DNA from: Cyanophora paradoxa CCMP329
Taxonomy: Eukaryota; Plantae; Glaucophyta
Assembly (NCBI GenBank): GCA_004431415.1
Contig: QPMI01000457.1
Span: 430,331-494,330, forward strand
Direction: 5' to 3'
Length of the DNA: 64,000 bases
This document shows positions 1-10,894 of the stretch, one piece after another. Both the position numbers and the translations under genes were made by a program. Numbering within the stretch: the first letter of the stretch is position 1; each line of letters begins with the position of its first letter. The notes beneath the pieces were generated by a model. It searched no databases and had not been told where the DNA came from. It saw only the letters and a program-made list of their open reading frames with translations.

Positions 1-97
1 CACGAGAAGACCGTGTCCCGGATCTGCAGTGCGCTGCAGATCAAATCTTGCGCCCTGGCATTCTGTTCTCGTGGCTATACGCTGCAAAGAGAGCAAT

Positions 98-1668
98 ATG
101 TCGAACACTTCTGAACTGATCAGTTCTGAAGTCCGTAGCCGGCTGTCTGCCCTCGCGCACATCGAGCCCGCCCAGGGCTATGCTGCTGTGCATGTGCAGC
201 AACTCGCTGCTGGCTCCGCTGCGGCGGATGATGATCCCGTGCGGATCGCATTCCTGCCTGCAAATCCGCGCCTCGCCGATGGCGACCGGTTCCGGAAGGA
301 CGTGCGGAACTTCCAGTCGTCCCTGCCGACGAAGTACTTGTTTGGCCCGGATTCTGCCGGTAGCCAGGAGTACTCAAAGTCAGAGGCGCTAGCCGGAGTG
401 ATTGTCGGGCGGATCCGCCCCGGACCTCTCCGCGCTGAGATTGAGCGCAAGCGCGACCTCTATGAGGCCTCTGTCACTGCCCTCGAGCATGACCGCGCCA
501 GGCTCGCTCGTCTCGAAGCTGTCCCGGCAGACCTGCGGTCCGCCGAGGATGATGCTGCTATCCTCGCGCTGCAGCAGAGCTGCGTGCGTGATCAGGCCTC
601 AATCGTGGCCGTGCGCGACTCGTACTTGCGTGCCCCCGGGCTGCTTGACACGATCACTGCGTGGATTCACGAGACCCGCCCGCACGCGGCCCGCCGGGCT
701 CTCACTGAGCCGTACACGGGCGAGGACCCCCGCTCGTGGCATGACTGGTTCTTGCCCCTCGTACGGCACACGCTGCCGCGGGGCCAGCAGTTTGCTGCGT
801 ACTACGCGGACTGCCTGCGCACCGCGCTCGAGGCCCGCTCGACGAGCGAGGACCCTGAATATCAGAACCTTGATGTTCGGATGGCCGGGTTCGCCCAGGC
901 GAACGAGCGCACGCTGCGCGAGTTCCTCACGGCGCTGCGGCAGCGCCTCCTCGCCAATAACGGCGCTATCTCGCCGCTTGAGCTTGACAATATTTTCGTC
1001 GAGCAGTGCAAGCGCCACGGCTGCCGCGCCGTGTTCCCGCCTGCGCTGGCAGCTGCCGATCGCGAGCTGCCCGAGGCAAAACGGACCCGTATCCTGCAGG
1101 CACAGTTTGCCGAGGATGAGTCCTCGTCCGCCGGCACCCCTGCCGCTGCACGAGCCTCGAGCTCCCTTGGCCCTGCTGAGCCTCGGGATGCAAATTCCAC
1201 GGCCCAGCCCTCGATTTCTGCACGTGGGTCCTCTTGGGCCGTGCAGTCCCGCTCGCCTGCCGCTGTTGCGGAGGTGCTGCGGCGCATGTCCGAGCTCGGG
1301 TACCCGGAGTACCCCCCCTCAGACTGCTACGGGTGCTCGGATGACCCAGCGTCCCCGTTGAGGCGCGACGTCATTGGGCAAATGTGTGCCCCAAGCGCAC
1401 CCCGTTCGCCCCAGTACGCCCCTGGGTCCGCCGCGGCCAGTACTATCGGCAAAAGCGATCCCAAGAGGATGCTGCCAACAAGCACGAGTACTGGTCCGAC
1501 GAGGGAAACCAGGACCCAGACGAAGTCTGCGGTCGCTGCGGCGAGGCAGGGCACCACCACAGTGCCTGCCCCGACCCCCCCACACGGGCTGCTCGCTCGA
1601 GCTCTGCGCTTCCCGCGCCCTCTAGCTCAGCGGCTCCACCCGCGCGCCCTGCGGCGGAGCGTGAGTGA
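98..1668 (+). CDS. Gag-like protein with two zinc knuckles (1-nt frameshift near 1345)
   Basis: Long ORF from ATG 98. Adding one C at GACCC (~1345) gives CYGCSDDPSVPVEARRHWANVCP followed by the canonical C-x2-C-x4-H-x4-C knuckle CGRCGEAGHHHSAC; stop at 1668. Confidence 0.7.
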
Positions 1669-1877
1669 GCAAGTGCACCAGCTGCACTAGGGTCTGGCTG
1701 GCTTGGGCAGCCGCCAGAAAAGCCCTGCTCGTAACCGCGATCCGATTTTTCGCGGAGCCTGGGCCTCCCCTGCGAGAGCCCCATGTGTCGCTGTAATAAG
1801 CGGCCCATATACCTGCCTCTGAGCAGGGTGTATATTTGTACATTTGTACATAATTTCAGACGTCGGGGACGACGTCT

Positions 1878-2218
1878 TCCGAGAGGAGGAGTGAGCACGG
1901 GCATGCTGCACGAGCAGTGCAAGCGCTGCCGCTCGCCCTCCCGCCCCGAGGCTTGCTTGAATCTGTGGCCGCTGGCCAAGATCGAATAGCACTCGCGAAA
2001 GAAGAGCCCCAATCGCGTGCTTTCGAGCACCCTGAGCGGCCACGGGTGCCCCTCTTTCCGAGAGGAGGAGTACCTCTTTCGCTGAAGCCTGCGAAGAGGC
2101 GCCACGGCCGGTGCCGCAATTGCGAGCCCTCCTGCTTCCCTCAATTTAGATCCGTGGCCGGTGGCCGAGATCTGATCTCAAACCCCAAGCGGGTACCAGT
2201 CTTTCCGAGAGGAGGAGT
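1878..2218 (+). repeat. Three internal copies of the PPT motif TCCGAGAGGAGGAGT
   Basis: Exact 15-mer at 1878, 2057 and 2204, and again at 4215. Confidence 0.9.
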
Positions 2219-3334
2219 CCCTCCGAGACTCTCTCGTCGAAAGCCTGCGATTTCGCGCGGCGCACTGCAGTTGCTGAGTGCGGCCATGGGCCTTGCGAAA
2301 TCCAGAAATTAAAAGTGGCCTCAGGCCTTGCGGTCAGAGCTTCAAAGGCTTGAGCCTGATCATGAGCCGAGCCGCCAAGCTGCAGCTGCAGCTGGCCCTC
2401 GCGGGAGGCTTTGAGCTCGAACCCCCACACTTGAGCGAGCAAGCGGCCTTGCTGCCGTTGCGAGATGAGACGTGATCCACGGAGCCTTGAGCTCGGGATG
2501 CACCCTCAAGAGAAGCTTGATGCATATATGCCTGAGGCACGATGCCCAGCCGGCGAGCGCCTGATGGCATGCCGTGAGCTTGACAGGCGGCCCGTGAGCC
2601 CCTGCAAAAATCGTGAGCCTCCGAGCTTGAGCACAAGGTGCCCTCGAGAGCTCGAGCCCTGAAATAAAGTCCTGGCGCGCCCCGAGGCGGCCAGGCAATA
2701 GCAGGCTCTGCCATGAGCTTTGCAGTTCTTTGAACTCAAGTCCTGGTGACGCCCGCCAAGTTGGCGCCCAGGCCGCGCGGGTCTGTTCCGGGATCATCGG
2801 ATCCGGACTGAACGTTAGCGGGGCGAGGGGCCCAGTGCCCCGCCCAAAGACCTGGTGAACTGCCCGACGAGTTGGCATCCAGGCGGCACACTGTGGCTGC
2901 AGGCCGAGTGGTGCGACGGGCTGCGAGCCCTGCTCACAAGCTAAGAGCTTTGAGACCCGGCGGCCAGCCTGTTGAGGCGGCGCCAGAAGGACCCCCACGA
3001 TCGTGAGTCTCGTCTCGCATGTGGCCGGCCCGGCCCCAGGGCGCGGTCGTGACGGCGGGTGGTCCTGGCCAGGAGCGGCTTGAGAAAGCCGGCTCCAAGC
3101 CGCGTCCCGGCCCCACACGAGGGCGAGGACAAGAAGCGGCGATGCCTGCCTCCGAGCAGAGCGAGCACAAGAGGCCACCCGTGAAGGGTTGGGCTGAGAA
3201 GGGCCAAGCGCCCGCGAAATATCGCGAAAGTCCCGAGCAGAAGTGGTGCGCTGCGGGCGGCCGTTGTCCTTGAGCACAGCTCGGCACGGTGACAGGGCGG
3301 AAGACCCTTGCAAAGACCTAGCCGAGCCCTAGGA

Positions 3335-3540
3335 CGCGCCTTGCGTCTGCAGAAGGGTCGGTGGGCGGCTGTGACGCCGGGTTCTGCCCCGGGTACAGCG
3401 ACAGGGGATGACAAATTCCCCCTCCGTGTAAGACCTGGTGTGGTACCAGGGCGCGCCTTGCGCCGGCAGGGGTACACGCAGGCGGTCGTGACGCCGGGTT
3501 CCTGCCCCGGGTACGACGACGGGGAAGCAAAAATACCCCC
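3335..3540 (+). repeat. Imperfect ~116-bp tandem duplication
   Basis: GCGCCTTGCG...GTGACGCCGGGTTC(C)TGCCCCGGGTAC...AAAT(T/A)CCCCC occurs twice. Confidence 0.85.
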
Positions 3541-4229
3541 AGCAGGGCTCCGCACCAGGGACGCTTGGTGGCGGACCGCCTGAGAGGGCCACGTCCCCTT
3601 TTAATAGATGTGCACCCGCGGGTCGGGCAGGGTACCTCCCGTCGCGCAATGGCGTGGAAGGGCACCTTGTGGGCGGCGTCTAGCCTCGCCCTGGAGATTC
3701 TAGCTCCACCGCCGTCGGGGGATTCCCGATCCGACGCCGTGATAATGCAGTGAAGGCACGGTGTTTGCCTGAGCAGCGGCGCTAGTCGAGCTGCTTAGCC
3801 CTAAGTTTTGGGACGGGCATTTCGCTGTGGGCTGCTGAGCGCTGTCGCGAGCGCTGCGCCCCGCGTTGCTGTTGCAGCGTGTGCCTTTGCAGCTAACGTG
3901 CTGCACAATCGCGATGAGGGCAGGGCCCCCTCGGCTTCCGTCCCCTTCCGCTCGCCTCGTGCGGGTTGCCTGGGCCGCCGGCCCGAAGTTGGACCTCGCC
4001 CCCTGGGCACTACACGCTGGAGTCGTGCCGGCACTTGCCGGGCATCAGTCTTTTCTATTCCCGGCAGTCGACGCCGGGCATGGACATGTACATAGCCGGA
4101 CTTGGTGTCTTTTCTATTCCCGGCAGTTGCCGGCCACGGACGGACGTTGAGCCTTTTTCGATTCCGGCAGTAGCCGGTTGATATGTATTTATTTAGACCC
4201 GCGCGGACGCGGGATCCGAGAGGAGGAGT

Positions 4230-4426
4230 TGTCGCATCCGACATTATAGCGGATGCTCATTTATATGTGAGCCGCTAGGGCTCTAGATCACGTCAGCCTT
4301 CGAGCTGCTGGACCGACGGCGCCTAGGCTAGTTAGAGCGCCGCGGTCACTTGTATTCGTGTCGGGGTACGCCGTATCTGGACGGGTACACCCAGTGAGTT
4401 GGATCTTAGCGACGACAGCAGTGACA
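4230..4426 (+). repeat. Putative short 3' LTR (~190 bp)
   Basis: TG..CA termini with a TGTCG/CGACA inverted repeat, directly after the PPT; internal TTTATAT box. Confidence 0.5.
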
Positions 4427-5700
4427 CTCGCCATTCCCCGCCCTGCCGAGCTTGCACTCCGCACGGGCTTCCCGCGCGCACGATTAGGCACACTAATCTC
4501 GCACGCGACAGCCGGCTTCGAGGCCGGCGCGGTGCTGCGGAACGCACTGGAGGGCACGTACGACTCCGGCTTGACGGACGAGTGGCGCTTCCGCAAACGC
4601 CTCGTCAACCTCAATTTCGCTGCCCGCGACCCGCTCTCCACCGACGCCCTGATCGCCCTCGCCGAGCGCTGGCCCCCCGGACTCGTCACCTACGGTGGGA
4701 GGGGCCGTTCACGATCGCCAGCGCGGCTGGGGCCGGGCTCACGCCGCTGCAGACATGCTTGGACATGTGCGCTCGATAGACAACGGGCAGACGCCGCTTG
4801 AGATTGCGCTGGGCCGGCGGGACCTTCCGAGCAGCGTCCTCGCGCGCCTCCTCGTCATCGCTGCTCCGCCCCTCAGCGACCCGCTCGCCTGCGGCGCCCA
4901 GGCCCTTCAACAATTTTCCTCTTCTCCTTGCCCTCTTCGCTTTCTTATCCCCCTGCAGCTCGCATACGCGAAGGCGCATGCGGGGTGGGGGGCCCGCCGG
5001 CCGCCCTTCTCGCCCGAGGCGGAGCCGGCGGCCATCGAGGCCCGCGCTGCCTTCGAGCACCACGCCCGCCTCCTTGTACGCGTGCCCGTGTACTCTAGAT
5101 CTCCCTCCCGCGGCCGGGCCCGAGGCTTTCTGCATGCAGGACAAACTCGCGCGCGCTGCGGCCGCCCGCGCGGGGGCCACGGTCAGAGTCGAGGCTGCTG
5201 CGGGTGAGGTCGGGTACCCCGGGGCGGCGCTCGCCGGGCCGCCCCCGTTGCCTGCAGCGGTTGCGCGGCCAGCGGCGCCAGCGACGGGCTCCGACGCGGC
5301 GCCGGTGCGGGCGAAGCAGCAGGTTACGGCTCAGCGCGGGTCCGACATCCGCCGCTTCGCTGCCCGCACGGCCACCGGTGGCTCCTCCGGATCCCCACCT
5401 GGCTCCTCCGCGGCCACCGCCACCCAGCCCGCCGCCCCCTCCTCGAGTTCCGCGGGCGGCCGCGGCCTCGGCGGCTCTCTGGTCGCAGTGGCAGGGGCGG
5501 CCGCGGCCGCGGCGCCGATGCGGTGCTGCGGTGGAGCTTCGGAGAGGCGGCGGCGGGCACGGGGGCGGATGCGGCCGAGGCGCTCGCTGCGGCGGCGGCG
5601 GCCCTCGAGGCCGCCGCCCGCGCCGCGGTCGCTGCCTGGCCCGCCGCCTCCGCGAAAGAGGCGTAGGCCTCCGCGCCGCAATGCGGCATCAATGAGATGA
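4427..5700 (+). pseudogene. 3' part of a multi-exon gene with an ankyrin-like motif; 5' end probably cut by the LTR element
   Basis: Spliced reading includes DNGQTPLEIALGRRDLPSSVLARLL (TPLH-like) and an Ala/Pro-rich tail; splice sites present; no start codon after the LTR. Confidence 0.35.
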
Positions 5701-6003
5701 GCCTTGTCAGGCTGCAGAGGCCTCGAGAGGCATCAATATATTGCAAGGGGGGGTACCCCCTCCCTTGCTCCCCTGGTGAGTTGGTGCGGCGTACTTTCTG
5801 TGTTAGCAATTTTTCTAAGATGCGATTCTTTGCATGCACTCTCGTATAGGTGTGATCGCATCGTAGCCGCTGCGAGCGGCGGAAAAAAATGCAGGGGCGG
5901 GGCTGCGCAAACTTGTCTAGGTTGCGCCTCACCTGCTATTGCTATACGCGCCGGACCACGTGCTCCTGATTGCTCTCGATGCGCTCTACAAACTTTGTCA
6001 TAC

Positions 6004-7400
6004 ATGCCCGGGCTCGAGAAGCGGCGTGCGTCGCGCTAGACCGCCTCAAGTACCTGTTGTACCGGGCGCCGGAAAAAAGCGCTCCTGAGAGTTTGTGGAA
6101 TTCGCTTTGACGCACCCCCCTGCAAGTGCACCCCCCTGCCGTACCCATACTTCCGCCCGGGGCCGCGGCCGACAAATCGACGTAGCTGTACATGTGCTCG
6201 AGCTCGCGTCCGTGCTCCGACCCCCGCGGCTGCGGGAAGCACTTCACTCGGCAGGACAACCTGTACAAGCACGTTCGTCAGTGCAGAACGAAGGCGCCCG
6301 CGACGCCGCGTTCCGGTGCGCGCCGCTTGGCCGAGTGTGCGCCGATGGTTCTGATTGCCCCGCGCCCGCCGCCCGCAGATCCGAGCTTCGGCGATTGCGA
6401 TCGTTTCAGACATTCCACGCTCTTGCCAGATGGAAGGCCTAGGTGAGCTCGCGCGCCTCCCGGCAATCCCGAGCTGGGCATGCACACTCGAGCTCGCCGA
6501 CGTCGACGGCTCTAAATCTGACAAGGCCGCTCGGGTGCAGATCTTGCCATGTTGTTGAGCAACTCGTCTTGCGCATCTTCTCGATCCCATCCGGAAGGCG
6601 AGCTCGCGCGCTATAGGGCGTGCGCCGCGCGCGGCCACCTCTCTGACTGGGCGCTCGGTTGCAGATCGCGGCCTGCCGTCTGCTGTCGCTTCGAGCACTT
6701 CTTCTTCTTCTCAACCAGAAGGCGAGCTCGCGCGCCGGCCGCACAACTAGCGCCAAGAGCTCGTGTGCCGCGCGCGGCCACCTCTCTGACTGGGCGCCCG
6801 GTTGCAGATCGCGGCCTGTCGTCGAACAGCTCCTCATGCGCATCTTCTTCTCAGCCCCACGGTGAGTTGCGCTCCCACTTCTCCGGTGGGGCCTCGAGCT
6901 TGGGCCGGGCGGCGCCGGGCTAGCCCCGCCCCCGCGCCACGGCTCTCCGGGGAGAGCTGACGTCTCGGCCATGCGCAGGCTATGCGCAGGGCCCGGCGCC
7001 ACCTGCCGCTCCGAGGCTCCGCCCGCTTCCTCGCCCGCCGCCCCGCCGGCAGCTTCAGCTTCGCCGCCCCGCCGGCTGCTTCAGCTTCGTCGACTCCAGG
7101 TTCGCCCCGCCGCTGCTGCTGCGCACCTGGCCCGGCCGTCCCCGCTGGGCCCCGCCCCCGCACGGCCTCTGTCCGGGGCGAGCTGACGCCTCGGATCTGC
7201 GTATGTGCAGGCTATGCGCAGGGCCAGGCGCCACCTGTCTCTCCTCCCGCTTTACCGCCCGCCGCCGCCCTCGCCTGCCCAGCCGCCTGGTGCCGCCGCC
7301 CGCCTCGCCACCCCACCCGCCCGCCTCTCTGGACTCTCCTCCTCCCTCCCCCCCCCCTAAGTACCCTGGAATGTGTACAAGTACCCCCCCTTGCACCTCC
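6004..7400 (+). CDS. C2H2/C2HC zinc-finger gene, possibly degenerate, with duplicated exon-intron units
   Basis: PCSDPRGCGKHFTRQDNLYKHVRQC at ~6210-6284. Downstream units CTCTCTGACTGGGCGC..GGTTGCAGATCGCGGCCTG and GCAGGCTATGCGCAGGGCC each occur twice. Boundaries approximate. Confidence 0.45.
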
Positions 7401-7847
7401 GCGCGCGGCCCGGACATGCCGCACTTGCACAGGGCCGGGCGCGGTCTGCTAGTATATTTCACAGTATGGTGATTGCAATTGGTTATATGAATGCGTGTGG
7501 GTCGAGCTATAGCCAAAGCTAAAACACTTAATTTAATTTATTGTACGCGGCATCAATCGCTTTCAAGTTCCCCAGGCCGGAGGCCTAGGGAAATCGATCA
7601 GGATCTGATCAAATAATCACTAGGGCAGTGCATATGCATGCGCCTCGCGCGCGGCTCATGCCATGCTGAAATTCCCGCGAAAACGTGACCTTAATTCGAA
7701 ATTGAAGTCTTGAACTGCATGCGAAAAGAATCCAGATCCGCGAAAGAATTTTCAATTAATTCGATCACGAGCTCGAGAATCCGAAAAGCTAGCTATAGCC
7801 TAGAAGAGGCCAGGCCGAGATCAGACCGGTGTCTCATGGTCTGATGA

Positions 7848-8189
7848 TCAGCTGTAGCCGATGGCAGCGCGATCCCCGAAGTAGTGCTGCGCAATCTGCA
7901 GTACGAGGTCCATGTAGAGGCTGACGCCCTCGTACATCTTCGAGTACAAACTGATGTTGACGCCGTCGGCAGGCAGGCGCATGCAGATGACGTCGACGTC
8001 GTCGCGATCTTTGTCGGACTCTCCGTAGCCGACCGCGAAATGCAGGTCGCCGCTCGAGAGCTCCCGCACGACCGGGTCGCCGCGGAACGTTTCCTTGATG
8101 GCATCAAAGAACTGCCGCCACAGACGCATGTCTCGCTCGTCGTTAGGGCGAATGGGCGGCTGCAGACTGAAGTCGACTTCGATGCCCAT
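7848..8189 (-). CDS. Small intronless conserved-hypothetical protein (113 aa)
   Basis: MGIEVDFSLQPPI...WRQFFDAIKETFRGD...LPADG...LYSKM...QIAQHYFGDR has globular composition and GC3-biased codons. From memory it resembles an uncharacterised fungal domain (MGxDxGFDMxP...F.SKxS...AxxHFGSR). Confidence 0.7.
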   Translation of the reverse strand: MGIEVDFSLQPPIRPNDERDMRLWRQFFDAIKETFRGDPVVRELSSGDLHFAVGYGESDKDRDDVDVICMRLPADGVNISLYSKMYEGVSLYMDLVLQIAQHYFGDRAAIGYS

Positions 8190-8844
8190 TATTTTCGCGA
8201 GGTGATGGCGGGCGGACGCCTGCATGCAATAACGCTTTAGATACACACAAAGCCACCGGGGCATCCAGAGCATCGAGAACGCACCGGCCGAGGTTCAGGA
8301 GCAGCCTGAAAAATCCAAAGTTTGACTCCAGGCTGATATGTGATCATGATCATGAGGGAAATTTCAAGAGCGAAAATCAAGAGCAGCCTGCAAAAATCAA
8401 AAGCTCCGGATCGTCCTCCCCGGCCCGGTCCCGGAGTCCCTCCCCCAATATTAGCTAGGCCTCTTAGCTAATCATAATTCCGACCCCTCTTCCCTGTCCC
8501 CTCCGGGATCCCTCCCTTTATCGCATTAGCCGCCGCGCTTGCATTATTAAGCGCCGATGCCATGATGGCGGGAAACAGGTAGGGACCGTCGGACTTCGGG
8601 AGCGCTGCATGCAGCGCTAGCTAGCTATATAGCTGCCTTCATGCACGTCAGCCACGGCCGGTCAAGGCTTGAATTAAAGGTCTGATTTATTGAATCATCT
8701 CTAGACTTCTGACCGCGGCCGGCCGCGGCCCCCTTCACTAGGCCTCTCCCCTATCCTCCTCAACCCGCGCCGGCCGCTCAAAAGGTTCAAAATAGAATTT
8801 TTTAATTTTGCATGCAAGCGAAGCAGATTTTCCGAACAACAAGA

Positions 8845-9059
8845 GCTGTACGCTCGGCAGGGTAGCCGCTGACTAGAAGGCCCCTTGGGCCCGTCCTACC
8901 CAGGCGTACAGCGCCGGCGTACGGCCGAGCGGGGTGACTGTCGACGCCCTCCGGTGGAATGAAAGTTAGGCGCCAGCGTCGAAGTACCGCCCATGCCGTA
9001 CAGCCGGCTTCGGGGGCGCTCCGCCGTCCGACGGTCTGCGCAGTGCGGACGCGGGTGAG
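8845..9059. ncRNA. Candidate structured RNA (three consecutive hairpins)
   Basis: Stems GCTGTACGC/GCGTACAGC with inner GGGTAG/CTACCC; GCCGGC-GTACGGC..TCGACGC/GCGTCGA..GCCGTAC-GCCGGC; CGTCCG/CGGACG. Flanks are AT-rich. Confidence 0.4.
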
Positions 9060-9136
9060 ATGTGGAATTAATTAATTAAACGATCTCCCTATAAATTAAA
9101 GCAGATCAAGGGCAAATCATATTCGAAATTCAGACC

Positions 9137-9910
9137 TCACTCCTCGTCGCGGCAGCAAGAGGGGCAGGAGCCGAAGCCGGCGGCGCGGGCGGCCATCGCG
9201 CTGCCGAAGCGGCGGACGCCGCCGCGGAGCACGTGCACGCGGTTGCCGCGCTCGTCGATCGCGACCACGTCGGGCAGGGCGAGGTAGCCACAGGTCGCGA
9301 GGTGGAAGCGGGTCCCCGCGTGGGCGGTGATGAACCGCCCCTCCGCGTCGGCGCAGTTGACGTCCGTCACCAAAACGCCCGCGCCCACATTTCCTGCGCG
9401 CACATTTTAAGCTGGCGATGGCGCGCACAAATTCGCGCAATATCGGTATCGCGAAATTGTCTCGTGCAAAACGTTGACGCTACAGACTCACCACGGAAGT
9501 TCAGGTGCTCTGCGAATATAAATTAATTGTTTGCAGCCCGCACGACGTCGGGAAGGCTGAGCTTAGAGCATGAATAAAAAATGAACGCCGGCCTACCCGG
9601 GCGGCAGACGAGGCACGCGGTGAGGCCGGCGGCCTCGGCCTCCTGCGCATTCGCGAAAGAGCGGAGCCCCGCGCGGAGCGAGCGGCGCGGGTCGTTTTCG
9701 ACGGTCACGTGCTTGCAGTAGCGGTGGTGGTGCTTGACGCCGTAGGGGGTCTTGTAGCGCGTGGCGATGGGGTTCGCGTTCGAATTCGAAGTCTCTGCGA
9801 GCAGTTTAGAGAAAGCGCACGTTAAGCTGCCAAGAAAGTCTCGAACCACCCTGGCCAGCCCGGAGCTGAATGCGGCGGATCAGGTCGGCGAGATTTGCGA
9901 GGTCGTCGAC
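9137..9910 (-). CDS. Protein(s) with two Ada-like metal-binding (Zn) domains; start not resolved
   Basis: YKTPYGVKHHHRYC...LRSFANAQEAEAAGLTACLVCRP (~9600-9760) and FITAHAGTRFHLATC...VRRFGSAMAARAAGFGSCPSC (~9150-9335) match the Ada_Zn_binding consensus. Confidence 0.75.
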
Positions 9911-10554
9911 CTGATCAAGATCGGCGTGCGGATCAATTATATAATTACAGACGTGCGCGTACTATGACATACAAACCTCGTTGATGCCTGCTCCAGCACA
10001 AGCGCAAATTCACGACAGCGATCATGATCAGCTACACTCAAGGAGAGACGTTAACGTTCGATTGTCGACGTCGGACCGCCGGACCAGCGCATACTGTCTA
10101 TTTAGACTGTTTGAAACTAAAGGAATAGTATAAGCCGCGTCGATGTTGAGACCGATCGCGAGTGAACAGCGCAAACAGCGACCGCGCGCACGCGCAAGAT
10201 CGGCGCGAAACTGAACCAGCGCAAAACTCCGGATCCGCGAAACTTGGGCGCAGGCTCCGAATTAATCCGGGCTCGCGCACCGTAGATGGTCATCTTGCTG
10301 GTCGGAATTCTGCTTTGCGAACAAGTGAAACCGACACCGCAAAATCGACCTTATATCAGTCGGAAAATCCCCCCTCTTTTCCTCTCAGAGTACTAGTCTG
10401 ATTTCCCTATTCCGGCCTATGCTTTTCCTCTTCGTCGTCTTGATCTCCTTCATCGATCTCAATATTTTGGATTCATTATGTCCTTTCCCCTTCAGATTCT
10501 CCTTCCGCGCGCATTCTAGATCTGCAGAGTACGTGCGACTGCTCGCGTACATGC

Positions 10555-10790
10555 AGTCGATTCGCGCTCAATGAGCCAGACTAGTCGCGCAGCTGCAGGT
10601 CGCGCAGGCGCATACGGTCCGACGTCGACGTCGACGGTCTCTCCTCACGCACGCCTCAATCGAGCGCCCACTGCGTGTACTCGCGCAGTCTACTCGCGCT
10701 CAATAAAACCAGACTAGTCGCGCGCGCAGGTCGCTCTCCTCCTCGCGCGCAATCGACGGTCTCTCCTCGGGCGCCGGCACACGCACGCGT
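10555..10790. promoter_or_regulatory. Duplicated elements in the putative bidirectional promoter between the Ada-like genes
   Basis: CGCTCAAT..CCAGACTAGTCGCGC..GCAGGTCGC and TCGACGGTCTCTCCTC each occur twice about 130 bp apart. Confidence 0.4.
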
Positions 10791-10894
10791 CACTAGAGCT
10801 GCGGCTGGTAGCGACTGGTGCGGTTCACGGCTGGTTGAGTCTCCCGGCTGCAATTGTACTCTCGCAGATCTAGAGGCTGCTGCTCGCAATATTA

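Larger units (their letters stand above)
1..4426 (+). mobile_element. Non-autonomous (gag-only) LTR retroelement, 5' part outside the window
   Basis: Intronless gag-like ORF with CCHC knuckles. A hairpin and polypurine tract (CCGAGAGGAGGAG, 4216-4228) are followed by TGTCG at 4230, with CGACA at 4413-4417 and GTGACA at 4421-4426. No RT or integrase ORF is recognisable. Confidence 0.6.

Noticed and set aside
1345-1350. Programmed ribosomal frameshift in gag
   Set aside because: No slippery heptamer; a one-base loss in a C run, of the kind seen elsewhere in this assembly, explains it.
8874-8900. Hairpin ribozyme loop A (AGAA/CGUC) or SECIS in the hairpin island
   Set aside because: No loop B consensus or adjacent helix 1; SECIS quartet geometry is not satisfied.
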